Position numbers and translations under genes: made by a program. DNA of 64,000 nucleotides from Candidatus Eiseniibacteriota bacterium (GTDB lineage Bacteria; Eisenbacteria; RBG-16-71-46), in assembly GCA_963725865.1 (NCBI GenBank), contig CAVSAC010000010.1, positions 544,001-608,000 on the forward strand, in the 5' to 3' direction. The notes below the pieces were generated by a model. The model searched no databases. It was not told the origin of the DNA and saw only the letters and a program-made list of their open reading frames with translations. Shown one piece after another: positions 9,421 through 19,846 of the stretch. The first letter of the stretch is position 1. Every line of letters starts with the position of its first letter.

Positions 9421-12400
9421 TCAGCGCAGGACGACCAGCTTCTGCGACTGCGCGTGGGCGCCGAGCGCGAAGCGCACGAAGTACACGCCGTCGCGCGCGT
9501 GCCCGCCATCGTCGGTGCTGAGGTCCCACGCGGTCGAGAAGCGCCCGCCGCGGGCGATCCCCTGCGCCAGGATGCGAACCCGGCGTCCATGCAGGTCGAA
9601 CACCGCCAGCTCGAACCGCTCGCCGGCCGCGGCAGCCGGGATGCCGTACGAGAGTCGGGTGCCCCCGCGCGCGGGATTGGGTTGCGGAGCCGCGAACGCG
9701 ATCGCGTCCGGCGCCGCCGACGGCGGCGGCGGGCCGTCGCCGACGTCCACGAACACCGGGTTCGTGAACAGGCCGCTGCGCATCGCGTCGTGGTGGAACT
9801 GAGGCCACGACGGGTTGCGTCCGGGAGAGAACGCGAAGTCGTAGTCCCACACGTACAGATTCGTGTCCCATCCCGAGAGCACGATCTCGGTCTTGCCGTC
9901 CCCGTCGCAGTCGCACACCGCCGGGGTGCCGCGCACCTCCGCCGCAAGCACGATCGGGAAGCCCGCGAGCACGGTGCCGTCGATGCCGCTGATGGCGGTG
10001 ATCGTGACGTCCTCGCCGCCCATCAACACGTCCTCCCAACCGTCGCCGTTGATGTCCGCCACCACCGGGCTGCTCTCCGAGGCGAACGACGTGAGCGAGC
10101 TGTACGGCACGCCGCCCACCCACGGCGTGACCGGGATGCCGTTGCGGTCGAACACGTACACGCGGCCGTCGGTGCTGGCCTGGACGATGTCGAGGAAGCC
10201 GTCGTGATCCATGTCCGCGAGCGCCGGCGACGGGATCTTGGTCGCCCCCTGCGTGCCGAGGCGCTTCGGGAAGCCCGGACGGATCGAGCCGTCGGCGCGG
10301 AACGCGTACAGCGAGTCGTCCGCCGCCGCCACCACGATGTCGAGCTGGCTGTCCGAGGCGCCGTCCAGGTAGCCGATCGCCGCCGAGGACGAGATCGTCC
10401 CGTGGAGGTTGATCGGGAAGCCCGGCATCTCGGTTCCGTTCGTGCGCCACGCGTGGAGCAGACCGCTGGCTTCGCCGTAGACGATCTCCTTGGTCCCGTT
10501 GCCGTCCAGGTCCGCGATCGCCGGCGTGGCGTAGTTGAACCCGCTCCCGAGGACCTTGAACACTCCGATCGTCGCCGGGTTGGAGTCCCCGTCGAGGAAG
10601 TCGGTGCCGTTCCAGCGCACCACGAAGAACGATGTGGTGTTGGTCGCGAACACGACTTCCTTCTTGCCGTCGCCGTCGAGATCGCCGATCGCCGCGCCCG
10701 AGAAGGACGCGCCCGTCACGACCGGCCAGCCGGGCGTGACGTTGCCGTCGCGATCGAACACGTACGCGCGCGTCGAGTCCCAGGTCGTGCAGATGAATTC
10801 CTTGATGCCGTCGCCGTCGAGATCGGCGATCGAAGGGCCGCCCGCGAAGTACTTCCCGCGGGTGCTGAAGTCGCCCAGCGTGGTGCCCGCGCCGTCGGCG
10901 TCGACCGGTGCCGAGCCGTCCGGGTTGAACACGAAGATCGCGTCGGCGCCAGCGGCGATCGCCACCGGGTAGCCGGTGTACACGTGGTCGATCGCCACCG
11001 AGGCCGGCGTGTTGCGATTGAGCGGCACCGGAAACACCGTGTGGCTCGGCGGGCTGGTGCTGGCGGACGCGGAGGCCGACTGCGCGGACTCGTTCCCGGA
11101 GGAGTCCATGGCGGTGACGCGATAGTAGTAGCGGGTCAGCGGCGCGAGGTTCTGATCCATGTAGGTCGCGATGCGGTCGGTCGGAACCGTGTTGGTCTTG
11201 TTGTAGGGGCCCACCTGCGCGAGCGCGCGATAGACGTTGTAGCCGAGCAGGTCGGGGTCCATCACGCGCGCCCAGGTGAGCTCGATGTCCGTCGTCGCGC
11301 CGTCGGCGATCAGCGACACCGGGGTGCTCGGACGCACCAGGTCGAGCGTCTGCGTGAACATCAGCCCGTAGCTGTCGGAGACCCGCAGCTGGAGCTTCGC
11401 CGCCGCACTCGACGGCACGAAGACGAACGGGTCGCCCTGAATCTCCGCGCCCGCGGCCAGCGTGCCCCAGCTCGAGGTGCTGTCGGTGATGGTGGCCAGC
11501 CCGTCGAGGCTGCGCAGCACCGCCGTGGCGCCGGGCGCGACACCGGTGCCGAGGTTTCGCAGGCGGACGCTGTACGACACCGTCTCGCCGGGCTCGGGCA
11601 CGCCGTTGCCGTTGCCCGGGTTGTCGACGATGGCGTGACTCATGTGGCGCAGATCAGGCGCGCGCACCGTGAGCTGGAAGCTGCCGACGAAGCGGCGGCT
11701 GCCGGAGTCCACCAGGTCGAGTCGGAACGGCACCTCGCGCTGGTCGGCGGTGGTGTACGGAATCGAGACGCGGAACCCGCTGGCCGGCGACACCGTGGCG
11801 CCGACCCCGATCGTGCCGTACGAGCGGTTGGGCGTCACCAGCGTGACGGTCGCGTCGGAGGTGCTCAGCGTGCCCTGCACGGTGCTCGCGCTGGCGCCGC
11901 CGTTGTTGCGCACCGGCACCGAGATGTCGATCACTTCGCCGGCGTCCGGCTGGCCGTTCGCGTTGCCCGAGGTCCCGCCGACGTTGTCGTCGTCGATCAC
12001 CGGCGCGAGGTCGGTCAGCGCCGGCAGCACGGTGCCGACCACCGGGACGTCGCCCTGGAAGGGCTTGCAGTTGAAGCCGGTGACCGTGAGCCGGAAGGAG
12101 CCGGCGGAATCGGGGCGGAACACGAGCGTGGCGACGCCCGCTCCGTTCGTGAGCGCGGTGGCGTAGTCGGCGCCCGGCTTGTACGCGGTCACGCGCGCGT
12201 TCAGCAGCGGGACGCCCGCGATCGAGACCGTCACCGTGAACAGCGAATCGCCCAGCGTCATGCTCGCGGCCTTCGCCACGGTCAGGACGCGCGGCGCGCA
12301 CGAGTAGATGCGCAGCTCGGGATCGCCCAGCAGCAGCAGCGTCATCTCGGTCCAGCGATTCACGCCGTCATAGCTCGAGAAGGCGATGAACGGCAGCTTC

Positions 12401-14139
12401 TGCTTCGCCTGCAGCTCACCCACCGCATTGACGCTGTCCTGGTAGAAGAGCCGGAAGTACTCCTTCTGGTACGCGCGCCCGGCGGTCGGGAAGTCGAAGC
12501 GCGTGGAACCGATGTTGGTCACCGCGCCGCCGTTGGGCGCGTGCAGGAACGCCTCGCCCAGGCATGGGAAGTCGATCGCGTTCGAGGTGCAGTCGATGGC
12601 GTAGAGGTTCGTGAGCCGGCGGCCGTTCGTGAGCGACATGGCGTCGGCGTTGGTCAGGTTGTCGTCGCCGACGGACATCACGTTGCGATAGCCGTGCCCC
12701 ACGTGGACCGCGATGTTGTAGCCCGCATTGAGCGAGTCGATCACGACCGTGCGGCGCTCCTGCATCGCGCCGGGACGCCAGCGCGGGTCGAGGTAGTTCT
12801 CGTAGAGGCGCACGAAGGTCACGCACGGATTCAGGTCGAGAGACGGCAGCACCTCCTCGATCAGCTCCGCGCCGTCCAGCGTGGTGATCATGCCGGGCAG
12901 CCAGTTCTGCGGGAACAGCACCTCGCCGAAGAACAGCACCTTGTTCTGGTAGCCAGAGGCGTCCGGATCGGTCACGTACTGGAGGCTCTTGTCGACGAAC
13001 GTCTTCGCCTGCGCGACCGTGGACGCCGGCGCGCGGCCCACGTACACCTCGGGGAAGAGGTCCACGTTGTCGCCGGGATCGCTGGCCGCGAAGTAGCCTT
13101 CGCCGTAGAGGCTGTCGCCGTCGGCATTCCAGCTGCCGTCGAGGCACGAGAAGTACATGTCGCACGCGATGCTCTCGCCGCCGTAGAACGTGGTGCGCGC
13201 GAAGCGCGTCGGCAGCACGTCGGTGTCGCCGCCCAGCAGCACCCACTTGGTGCCCCAGCGCGAGTACGCGTCGCGGATGAACGCCCGGACGCGCTCGGCA
13301 TCATCGGACCCCTGCGGGTACTGCTGGCGGATGAAGCTGAGCGTGCGCACCACGGCCGGCACGCCGGAGCGCGTCTTCCAATCCGCCAGGCGCTGGAACT
13401 CGGCCGCCATGTCGTCGTTCGTGATGATGACGTAGGCCACCGGGCTGCCGAGCAGCGAGGGGACCTGGGTGGCCGCGAACGGCCGCGCGCCGCCGCCCGC
13501 CGCGGACAGCGAGGCGACCGGCGCCCGTGCCGGCAGGCGCAGGCCGCCGTCGGACTCCCATTCCGGAACCACGCGCTCGCGCACCACCGCGTCCGGGAAC
13601 TTCGCCGGCTCGAGGTTCAGCCGCACGCGCATCCGCACCACGCGCTCGAGCTGTCCGGTCGAGGCGTCCCAGCGCACCGGGGCGGTCATGAGCATGGCGA
13701 CGCCGCGTCCCAGCTCCAGCCCCTGGGCGCCGATCGTGACCGGCACGCGGGGCTCGAACCCCACCGCGGAGAACGCGGCGGGATCCTCGGGCGTGCGCTG
13801 CTCCTCGGTGATGCCCGGCTGCAGGCGCAGCGTGCTCGGCAGCCGCACCGCCGAGGCGAGCGGCTCGGTCACCAGCTCCAGGACGTCGATGCTCGCGACC
13901 TGATAGCCCTCCGGCAGGTCGACCCGCTCTCCCACCCGCGGCAGGTCGGGCTGGCCCGGCGTGAATTCACGGGTGCTCCCGTCCATCTCGACCACGGTGC
14001 GACCGGAATGCGTGTCGAGGGTGATGCGTCCGCGTTCGTAGCGGAATTCCCGCTCGATGCTGGTGGCGCCCAGGGCGGGTACGACCAGGACTCCGAGCCA
14101 CACGAGTGCGATCACCGCGTTGACGAGGCGACGATTCAT
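9421..14139 (-). CDS. Secreted gingipain-like C25 cysteine peptidase with Ig/FN3, FG-GAP repeats and a C-terminal FlgD/T9SS-like domain
   Basis: Signal peptide, propeptide (PGQPDLP), YVIIT, WVLLGGD, EVYVGRAP, HVGHG and AIDC (candidate His/Cys dyad), LLGDPEL. Repeated ADLDGDG motifs. C-terminus PQPNP...FDLHGRRV...DGVYFVR. Confidence 0.88.
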   Translation of the reverse strand: MNRRLVNAVIALVWLGVLVVPALGATSIEREFRYERGRITLDTHSGRTVVEMDGSTREFTPGQPDLPRVGERVDLPEGYQVASIDVLELVTEPLASAVRLPSTLRLQPGITEEQRTPEDPAAFSAVGFEPRVPVTIGAQGLELGRGVAMLMTAPVRWDASTGQLERVVRMRVRLNLEPAKFPDAVVRERVVPEWESDGGLRLPARAPVASLSAAGGGARPFAATQVPSLLGSPVAYVIITNDDMAAEFQRLADWKTRSGVPAVVRTLSFIRQQYPQGSDDAERVRAFIRDAYSRWGTKWVLLGGDTDVLPTRFARTTFYGGESIACDMYFSCLDGSWNADGDSLYGEGYFAASDPGDNVDLFPEVYVGRAPASTVAQAKTFVDKSLQYVTDPDASGYQNKVLFFGEVLFPQNWLPGMITTLDGAELIEEVLPSLDLNPCVTFVRLYENYLDPRWRPGAMQERRTVVIDSLNAGYNIAVHVGHGYRNVMSVGDDNLTNADAMSLTNGRRLTNLYAIDCTSNAIDFPCLGEAFLHAPNGGAVTNIGSTRFDFPTAGRAYQKEYFRLFYQDSVNAVGELQAKQKLPFIAFSSYDGVNRWTEMTLLLLGDPELRIYSCAPRVLTVAKAASMTLGDSLFTVTVSIAGVPLLNARVTAYKPGADYATALTNGAGVATLVFRPDSAGSFRLTVTGFNCKPFQGDVPVVGTVLPALTDLAPVIDDDNVGGTSGNANGQPDAGEVIDISVPVRNNGGASASTVQGTLSTSDATVTLVTPNRSYGTIGVGATVSPASGFRVSIPYTTADQREVPFRLDLVDSGSRRFVGSFQLTVRAPDLRHMSHAIVDNPGNGNGVPEPGETVSYSVRLRNLGTGVAPGATAVLRSLDGLATITDSTSSWGTLAAGAEIQGDPFVFVPSSAAAKLQLRVSDSYGLMFTQTLDLVRPSTPVSLIADGATTDIELTWARVMDPDLLGYNVYRALAQVGPYNKTNTVPTDRIATYMDQNLAPLTRYYYRVTAMDSSGNESAQSASASASTSPPSHTVFPVPLNRNTPASVAIDHVYTGYPVAIAAGADAIFVFNPDGSAPVDADGAGTTLGDFSTRGKYFAGGPSIADLDGDGIKEFICTTWDSTRAYVFDRDGNVTPGWPVVTGASFSGAAIGDLDGDGKKEVVFATNTTSFFVVRWNGTDFLDGDSNPATIGVFKVLGSGFNYATPAIADLDGNGTKEIVYGEASGLLHAWRTNGTEMPGFPINLHGTISSSAAIGYLDGASDSQLDIVVAAADDSLYAFRADGSIRPGFPKRLGTQGATKIPSPALADMDHDGFLDIVQASTDGRVYVFDRNGIPVTPWVGGVPYSSLTSFASESSPVVADINGDGWEDVLMGGEDVTITAISGIDGTVLAGFPIVLAAEVRGTPAVCDCDGDGKTEIVLSGWDTNLYVWDYDFAFSPGRNPSWPQFHHDAMRSGLFTNPVFVDVGDGPPPPSAAPDAIAFAAPQPNPARGGTRLSYGIPAAAAGERFELAVFDLHGRRVRILAQGIARGGRFSTAWDLSTDDGGHARDGVYFVRFALGAHAQSQKLVVLR

Positions 14140-14321
14140 GGTTGGCGGTCCCCGGTGGAGGAATGGGTCGGACGCGCGACAGCATCCGTGCTCAGCGAAC
14201 GGCCGGATCTTGATGGTGGGTGGACGTGCGGGCTCATCGTGCGATGTCGAGGACCCCGGCGAACCTCAGTCTGCCCGTGCCAGGTAGCGGCTCTTACGAT
14301 ACGGGGCCGTCGCGGTTGGGG

Positions 14322-15905
14322 TCAACGACCATCGCGGCGGCCGAGCGGGTGGTCGGGAGGAATGCACACAGGACCAAACCGAGGTTGCAGGGTGGTTGCC
14401 GCGGGCGCCCCGATGCGGGTCACCCAGACCCACGGCAGCTCCGCCAGCGGCAGGACCACGCACTCCTCCTCGAGCCGCCGGCGCGCGCCGACGGCGTCGA
14501 AGGGCCCCGGCGTCGCCGACCTCGCCGGCCACAGCCAGGGGTCGAACTCACGCGTGCGCCAGCCGGTTCTGAGCGCCCCCACCGCGGGGCCACGCAACGG
14601 CATGACCAGCGCGGCCAACTCCGCCTCCGGCCGCTCCAGCAGCGGCTGCTCCTCCGCCAGCTCCAGTTGCGGCCCGCCGGTCAGCGCCTGGGCGCGCGCG
14701 GCCGCCGCGCGGAGCGGCTGCAGCTCCACGTAGATCCCGATTCGCGCCCATTCCCCCTGCAGCACGCGCGCGGTGGCCGCCCCCGCTTCGTCGGCGTCGT
14801 AGCCGAGTGTGACGTGGAACGAGATTCCCAGGTCACCGTGCGCCATCCACTCGCGAGCCGCCGCGGCATCCAGCGTCGGGAACTCGAAGCGGCCGCCCCC
14901 TGCCGGCCACTCCTCCACCGGAGCCGCCACCGCTCCCAGCGCGCGCAGCGCGGCGACGCGGTTCAGCGAGTGAGCGAGCGCGGCCCGCGCGGGCAGTCGG
15001 TGCGTCGGCGGGGTGTCCGCCCGCAGCGCGAGCACCAGCGTGCGCGCCGGCCGCGCCGGCGCCTCGCGCCGGAGGGCGCCGGGCGGCAGCGATTCGTCGA
15101 GCAGGCCGGGCGGCAGCGGCCACATCAGGTCGGCGCGCCCCTGGCGCAACAGCTGGCGGCCGCGTGGCGCCCCGGTCACGAAGCGGACCGCGAGCGTGTC
15201 GGGCCCGCCCGCCGCGGCCACGGCACGCACCATCGTCAGCGCGCGCCCCGGCTCGTGGGCGCTCACCCGGAACGGTCCGAGGCCCACCGCGAGGCCCCAG
15301 TCGAGGCCGGCCTCCCGCCGCTTCCAGGGGGTGCCGACCCCCGGCAGCGCCAGCCGCTCCGGCAGCGTCGAATCGGGGCGCGCCAGCTTCACCCGCAGCG
15401 TGCGCGGGTCGGGCGCCTCCAGTCCGAGCGGCGGCAGCGGCTTCCCGGCCCGCACCCGATCCGCGCCCCAGACCGCGGCGAGCAGCCAGCGGCGCGTGGC
15501 GTGATCGTCGCGCGCCAGTCCGGCGGCGAGCGCGCGCACGAAGTCCTCGCTGGTGCAGGGCGAGCCGTCCGTGTAGCGGAGTCCCTCGCGGAGGTGGAAC
15601 GTCCACGTGCGGCCGTCCTCCGACACCTCCCAGCGTTCCGCCGCCGCGGGGACGATGCGCCCGCTCGAGTCGAGATCGGCGAGCCCGTGCGACAGCCAGC
15701 GCTCGAGCGCCCAGCGGAGCGCATGGGGCGGTCCGTCGGGATCGAAGCGGGGCTCGCTCGCTCCCGCCACCCAGTGGAACGTGATCCGCGGCGGGGCGGC
15801 GCGCGGGGCGCACGAGGACAGCGCGCAGACCGCGAGTAGCCCGAGGACGCCGACCAGCGCGAGGACGAGGGCGTGCGCGCGACGCATCCGTGCGAGTCGT
15901 GACAT
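14322..15905 (-). CDS. Family-5 (peptide/nickel) ABC substrate-binding lipoprotein, orphan
   Basis: Lipobox LSSC; PAAAERWEVSEDGRTWTFHLREGLRYTDG family-5 signature; GLGPF. Confidence 0.75.
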   Translation of the reverse strand: MSRLARMRRAHALVLALVGVLGLLAVCALSSCAPRAAPPRITFHWVAGASEPRFDPDGPPHALRWALERWLSHGLADLDSSGRIVPAAAERWEVSEDGRTWTFHLREGLRYTDGSPCTSEDFVRALAAGLARDDHATRRWLLAAVWGADRVRAGKPLPPLGLEAPDPRTLRVKLARPDSTLPERLALPGVGTPWKRREAGLDWGLAVGLGPFRVSAHEPGRALTMVRAVAAAGGPDTLAVRFVTGAPRGRQLLRQGRADLMWPLPPGLLDESLPPGALRREAPARPARTLVLALRADTPPTHRLPARAALAHSLNRVAALRALGAVAAPVEEWPAGGGRFEFPTLDAAAAREWMAHGDLGISFHVTLGYDADEAGAATARVLQGEWARIGIYVELQPLRAAAARAQALTGGPQLELAEEQPLLERPEAELAALVMPLRGPAVGALRTGWRTREFDPWLWPARSATPGPFDAVGARRRLEEECVVLPLAELPWVWVTRIGAPAATTLQPRFGPVCIPPDHPLGRRDGR

Positions 15906-16058
15906 GGGAACGCGAGTCTAGGGAGCGCGACCGCGCGCGGCAAGCCGCCCGCGCAGGTGGCGACGCCCGGGAGCCCATGCTAGCGTGCGCGCCATGCGTC
16001 CGACTCCCGAACGACACGCGAGCGTCGCCCCCGGCGCGCGCGCTCCACGCGCGCGACC

Positions 16059-19022
16059 GTGAGCGCCGCGGCCGGCCCCGGCGCGGTCGCGACCGCGACC
16101 GAGACGATCCTCGCGGGACTCAACGACGAGCAGCGGACGGCGGTCACGCACGGCACCGGCCCGCTGCTGATCGTCGCGGGCGCCGGCACCGGCAAGACGG
16201 CGGTCCTCACCCGGCGCATCGCGTGGCTCATCGCGACCCACCGGGCGCGTCCCGACGAGATCCTCGCGCTGACCTTCACCGAGAAGGCCGCGGCCGAGAT
16301 GGAGTCGCGGGTCGACGAGCTGGTGCCGTACGGCTTCGTGGGCGCGACCATCGCGACCTTCAACGCGTTCTGCGACCGCCTGGTGCGCGAGCACGCCGTC
16401 GAGCTCGGGCTCACCTCGCGGCTGCGGGTCGAGAGCCAGGCCGAGATCCTGGTGTTCCTGCGCGAGCGCCTGTTCGAGCTCGGGCTGTCGCGCTACCTGC
16501 CGCTCGGCAATCCCGATGCGCACCTGCACGCGCTGATGGGCGTGTTCGACCGCGCGCGCAACGAGGACGTCACGCCCGAACGCTACCAGGCGTGGGCCGC
16601 CGAGCTCGCGGCCGCCGCCGGCGACGAGGCCGAGCGCGACCGCGCCGCCGCCGAGCTGGAGAAGGCGCGGGCGTACGGCCGCTACGAGGCGCTGCTGCTC
16701 GCCGCCGGCCGCGTCGACTTCGGCGCCCAGATCGCGCTCGCCCTGCGCCTGCTGCGCGAGCGCGCGTACCTGCTGCGCGAATATCGCGAGCGCTTCCGCT
16801 GGATCCTGGTGGACGAGTTCCAGGACACCAACCACGTCCAGTTCGAGCTGGTGAAGCTGCTGGCCGGCGCTTGCCCCAACCTCACGGTGGTCGGCGACGA
16901 CGATCAGAGCATCTATCGGTTCCGCGGCGCCAAAGTGCAGAACCTGCTCGAAGTGCTGGAGGCGTTCCCGGGAACCCGCGAGGTGCTGCTGAAGCGCAAC
17001 TACCGTTCGGGACAGCTCATCCTCGACCGCGCGCACCAGCTGATCCGCCACAATGACCCGGCGCGGCTGGAGGCGGCGCGCGGCTACGACAAGCGCCTCG
17101 TCGCCGAACGCCGCGCGGAGGGCCGGACGTTCGAGGGCGCGGTCGAGCACCGCGCGTTCCAGACCGGCAGCGACCAGGCCGACCGGGTCGCCGGCGAGAT
17201 CGCGGACGCGGCCGCTGCCGGCATCGCGACGCCCGGCGACTTCGCCATCCTGGCGCGCGCGCACAATCACCTCGACCCGTTCGCGCTCGCGCTGCGGGCC
17301 CGCGGCGTGCGCTTCCGCCGGGTCGGCATGCGCGGGCTCTACGGGCGGCCCGAGGTGCTGCTGTGCCTGAACGCGCTGCGCTCGCTCGCCGACCCCGACG
17401 ACAGCGCCGCGGTCTACATGACGCTCGGGGACCCGCTGTTCGGCGCCGATCCGGTGGACCTGGCGCGACTCGGGGCGCAGGCGAAGAAGTCCCATCGCGG
17501 GCTGCTGGGCGTCGCGATCGCGGCGACCGCCGGCGACGGCGCCTGGCAGGAGCGCACCCGGGAGGCGGTGCGGCGCTTCGAGGCGCTGCACCGCGAGCTG
17601 GCGGCGCTGGCCGTGAACCGCCCGACCTCCGAGGTGCTGTACGCGTTCGTGCAGGGCAGCGGGCTCCTCGCTCAGCTGGTCGCCGAGGAGAGCGCGGAGA
17701 ATCTCGAGCGCGCGCAGAACCTGAACAAGCTGTTCGGCATCGTCGCCCGGGTCGGGCCGCTGCTGCGCCGCGACCGCGTCGACCAGTTCATCCCCCACCT
17801 CGACCTGCTCATCGAGATGGGGGACGACCCGGCCGCCGCGGAGCTGGAGAGCGACGAGGACTCGGTGAGCCTGCTCACCGCCCACGCGGCGAAGGGCCTG
17901 GAGTTCCCCACCGTGTACCTGGTCGACCTCACCGAGCAACGATTTCCCCAGTATCCCAAGGGCGACAGCCTGCCGTTCCCGCCCGAGCTGCGTCATGTCC
18001 AGGGGGACGAGCGCGAGGAGCACTATCGCGAGGAACGGCGCCTGTTCTACGTGGGGATGACGCGCGCGCGCGACCGCCTGGTGCTCTGCCACGCCCAGGA
18101 CCTGGGCGGCAAGCGCGCGGCCAAGCCGAGCCGCTTCGTGCTCGAGGCGCTCGGCCTGCCTGCGCCCCCCAAGGGCGCCCACGGCGCGACCGCGCTGGAG
18201 GCGATCGCACGCTACGCCCCGACGCCCGAGGCGCCGGCCCCCGGGATCGCGCCGGTGCCGGACGACCAGCCGGTGGTGCTCTCTCATTCGGCGATCGAGA
18301 GCTACCTCGACTGCCCGCTGCAGTACTACTTCTCGCACGTCGCGCACGTGCCGCTGCCGGTCTCGCCGGTGCTGATGTACGGCAATGCCATCCACCACGC
18401 CATCCAGGTGTGGCACCAGCACGTGACCCGCGGGCTGCCGATCGAGACCGCGGACGTGGTCGCCGCCTATCAGAGCGCCTGGTCGAGCGAGGGCTTCCTC
18501 ACGCTCGCGCACGAGGAGCGCATGTTCGCGCAGGGCCGCGAGGCGCTCGAGGCGTTCGTGCGCCGCGACCGGGCGGCCGGCATCGTGCCGCTCGCGATCG
18601 AGAGCGACTTCGAGTTCCGGATCGGCCTCACGCGGATCAACGGCCGTTTTGATCGGATCGACGAGCGTCCCGAGGGCATCGTGCTGGTGGACTACAAGAG
18701 CTCCGAGGTCGACGACCCCGACGAGGCGGCGAAGCGCGCCAAGGACAGCGCGCGCGACGGCCAGCTCGGCCTCTACGCGCTCGCCTACCGCGAGACGCGC
18801 GGTGCCCTGCCGGCCCGCGTCGAGCTGGACTTCGTCGGCTCCGGCGTGGTCGGCTCCGCCGCGGTCGAGCCACAGCACCTCGAGCGCGCGGCCGAGCGCA
18901 TCACCCGTGCGGCGGCCGGCATCCGCGCGGCGCGCTTCGAGGCCACGCCGTCGGCGCGCACGTGCGGCCAGTGCGACTACCGGCACGTCTGCCGCTTCAG
19001 CGCCGCCCGAGGGAACGCATGA
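16059..19022 (+). CDS. UvrD/PcrA-type SF1 helicase with a C-terminal PD-(D/E)xK nuclease (AdnA/B-like)
   Basis: AGAGTGKT, LVDEFQDTN, VGDDDQSIYRFRGA, TAHAAKGLEF, EERRLFYVGMTRA. Nuclease motifs GRFDRID and LVDYKS; Cys in YLDCP and CGQCDYRHVC. Confidence 0.92.
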   Translation: MSAAAGPGAVATATETILAGLNDEQRTAVTHGTGPLLIVAGAGTGKTAVLTRRIAWLIATHRARPDEILALTFTEKAAAEMESRVDELVPYGFVGATIATFNAFCDRLVREHAVELGLTSRLRVESQAEILVFLRERLFELGLSRYLPLGNPDAHLHALMGVFDRARNEDVTPERYQAWAAELAAAAGDEAERDRAAAELEKARAYGRYEALLLAAGRVDFGAQIALALRLLRERAYLLREYRERFRWILVDEFQDTNHVQFELVKLLAGACPNLTVVGDDDQSIYRFRGAKVQNLLEVLEAFPGTREVLLKRNYRSGQLILDRAHQLIRHNDPARLEAARGYDKRLVAERRAEGRTFEGAVEHRAFQTGSDQADRVAGEIADAAAAGIATPGDFAILARAHNHLDPFALALRARGVRFRRVGMRGLYGRPEVLLCLNALRSLADPDDSAAVYMTLGDPLFGADPVDLARLGAQAKKSHRGLLGVAIAATAGDGAWQERTREAVRRFEALHRELAALAVNRPTSEVLYAFVQGSGLLAQLVAEESAENLERAQNLNKLFGIVARVGPLLRRDRVDQFIPHLDLLIEMGDDPAAAELESDEDSVSLLTAHAAKGLEFPTVYLVDLTEQRFPQYPKGDSLPFPPELRHVQGDEREEHYREERRLFYVGMTRARDRLVLCHAQDLGGKRAAKPSRFVLEALGLPAPPKGAHGATALEAIARYAPTPEAPAPGIAPVPDDQPVVLSHSAIESYLDCPLQYYFSHVAHVPLPVSPVLMYGNAIHHAIQVWHQHVTRGLPIETADVVAAYQSAWSSEGFLTLAHEERMFAQGREALEAFVRRDRAAGIVPLAIESDFEFRIGLTRINGRFDRIDERPEGIVLVDYKSSEVDDPDEAAKRAKDSARDGQLGLYALAYRETRGALPARVELDFVGSGVVGSAAVEPQHLERAAERITRAAAGIRAARFEATPSARTCGQCDYRHVCRFSAARGNA

Positions 19023-19846
19023 GCGACCGCGATCCGATCCACCTGAGAGACGCCGCCGCGGCCTTCGCCCGCGAGGCCGGCGCCATCGTCCGGCAGGGCT
19101 ACGGCACCGTCCACGCGCCCGAGCGCAAAGGCCGCATCGACCTGGTGACGGAGTTCGACCGGCGCTCGGAGGCGCTGCTGCTCGAGCGCATCGCGGCGCG
19201 CTTCCCGGGCCACGCCGTGCTCGCCGAGGAGTCGGGCGCGCGCGCCGGTGCCAGCACCCGCGGCGGCGTCCGCTGGCTGGTCGATCCGCTCGACGGCACC
19301 ACGAACTTCGCGCATAACTATCCGTTCTTCGCGGTCTCGATCGGCGTCGAGGCGGACGGCGAGCTGGTGGCCGGCGCGGTGTTCGATCCGGTGCGCGACG
19401 AGCTGTTCGCGGCCGCCGCCGGCCACGGCGCGACGCTGAACGGCGCGCCGATCCACGTCTCTCCCATCGACCGCATCGAGGACGCGCTGTTGGTCACCGG
19501 GTTTCCGTACGACGTGCGCGAGCACCCCGAACGGCACCTGCCGGCGTTTCAGGCATTCCTGATCCGCGCGCAGGGGATCCGGCGCGACGGCTCGGCGGCG
19601 CTCAATCTGTGCTACCTCGCGATGGGGCGCTTCGATGGCTTCTGGGAAGGCCACCTGGCCCCGTGGGACGTCGCCGCGGGCACGTTGATCGTGCGCGAGG
19701 CGGGTGGCCGCGTCACGGCGTTCGACGGCGGTCCGTTCCACGTGGACGGCCGCCGCATCCTCGCCACCAACGGCCGCCTGCACGGGGCCATGATGGAAGT
19801 GCTCGCGACCGCCGGGCGCGCGCCCTCGGAGGACCGGCGCCCGTGA
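19019..19846 (+). CDS. suhB: Inositol monophosphatase family protein
   Basis: DLVTEFD, LAEES, WLVDPLDGTTNFAH, RRDGSAALNLCY, PWDVAAG; ATGA overlap with the helicase stop. Confidence 0.92.
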   Translation: MSDRDPIHLRDAAAAFAREAGAIVRQGYGTVHAPERKGRIDLVTEFDRRSEALLLERIAARFPGHAVLAEESGARAGASTRGGVRWLVDPLDGTTNFAHNYPFFAVSIGVEADGELVAGAVFDPVRDELFAAAAGHGATLNGAPIHVSPIDRIEDALLVTGFPYDVREHPERHLPAFQAFLIRAQGIRRDGSAALNLCYLAMGRFDGFWEGHLAPWDVAAGTLIVREAGGRVTAFDGGPFHVDGRRILATNGRLHGAMMEVLATAGRAPSEDRRP

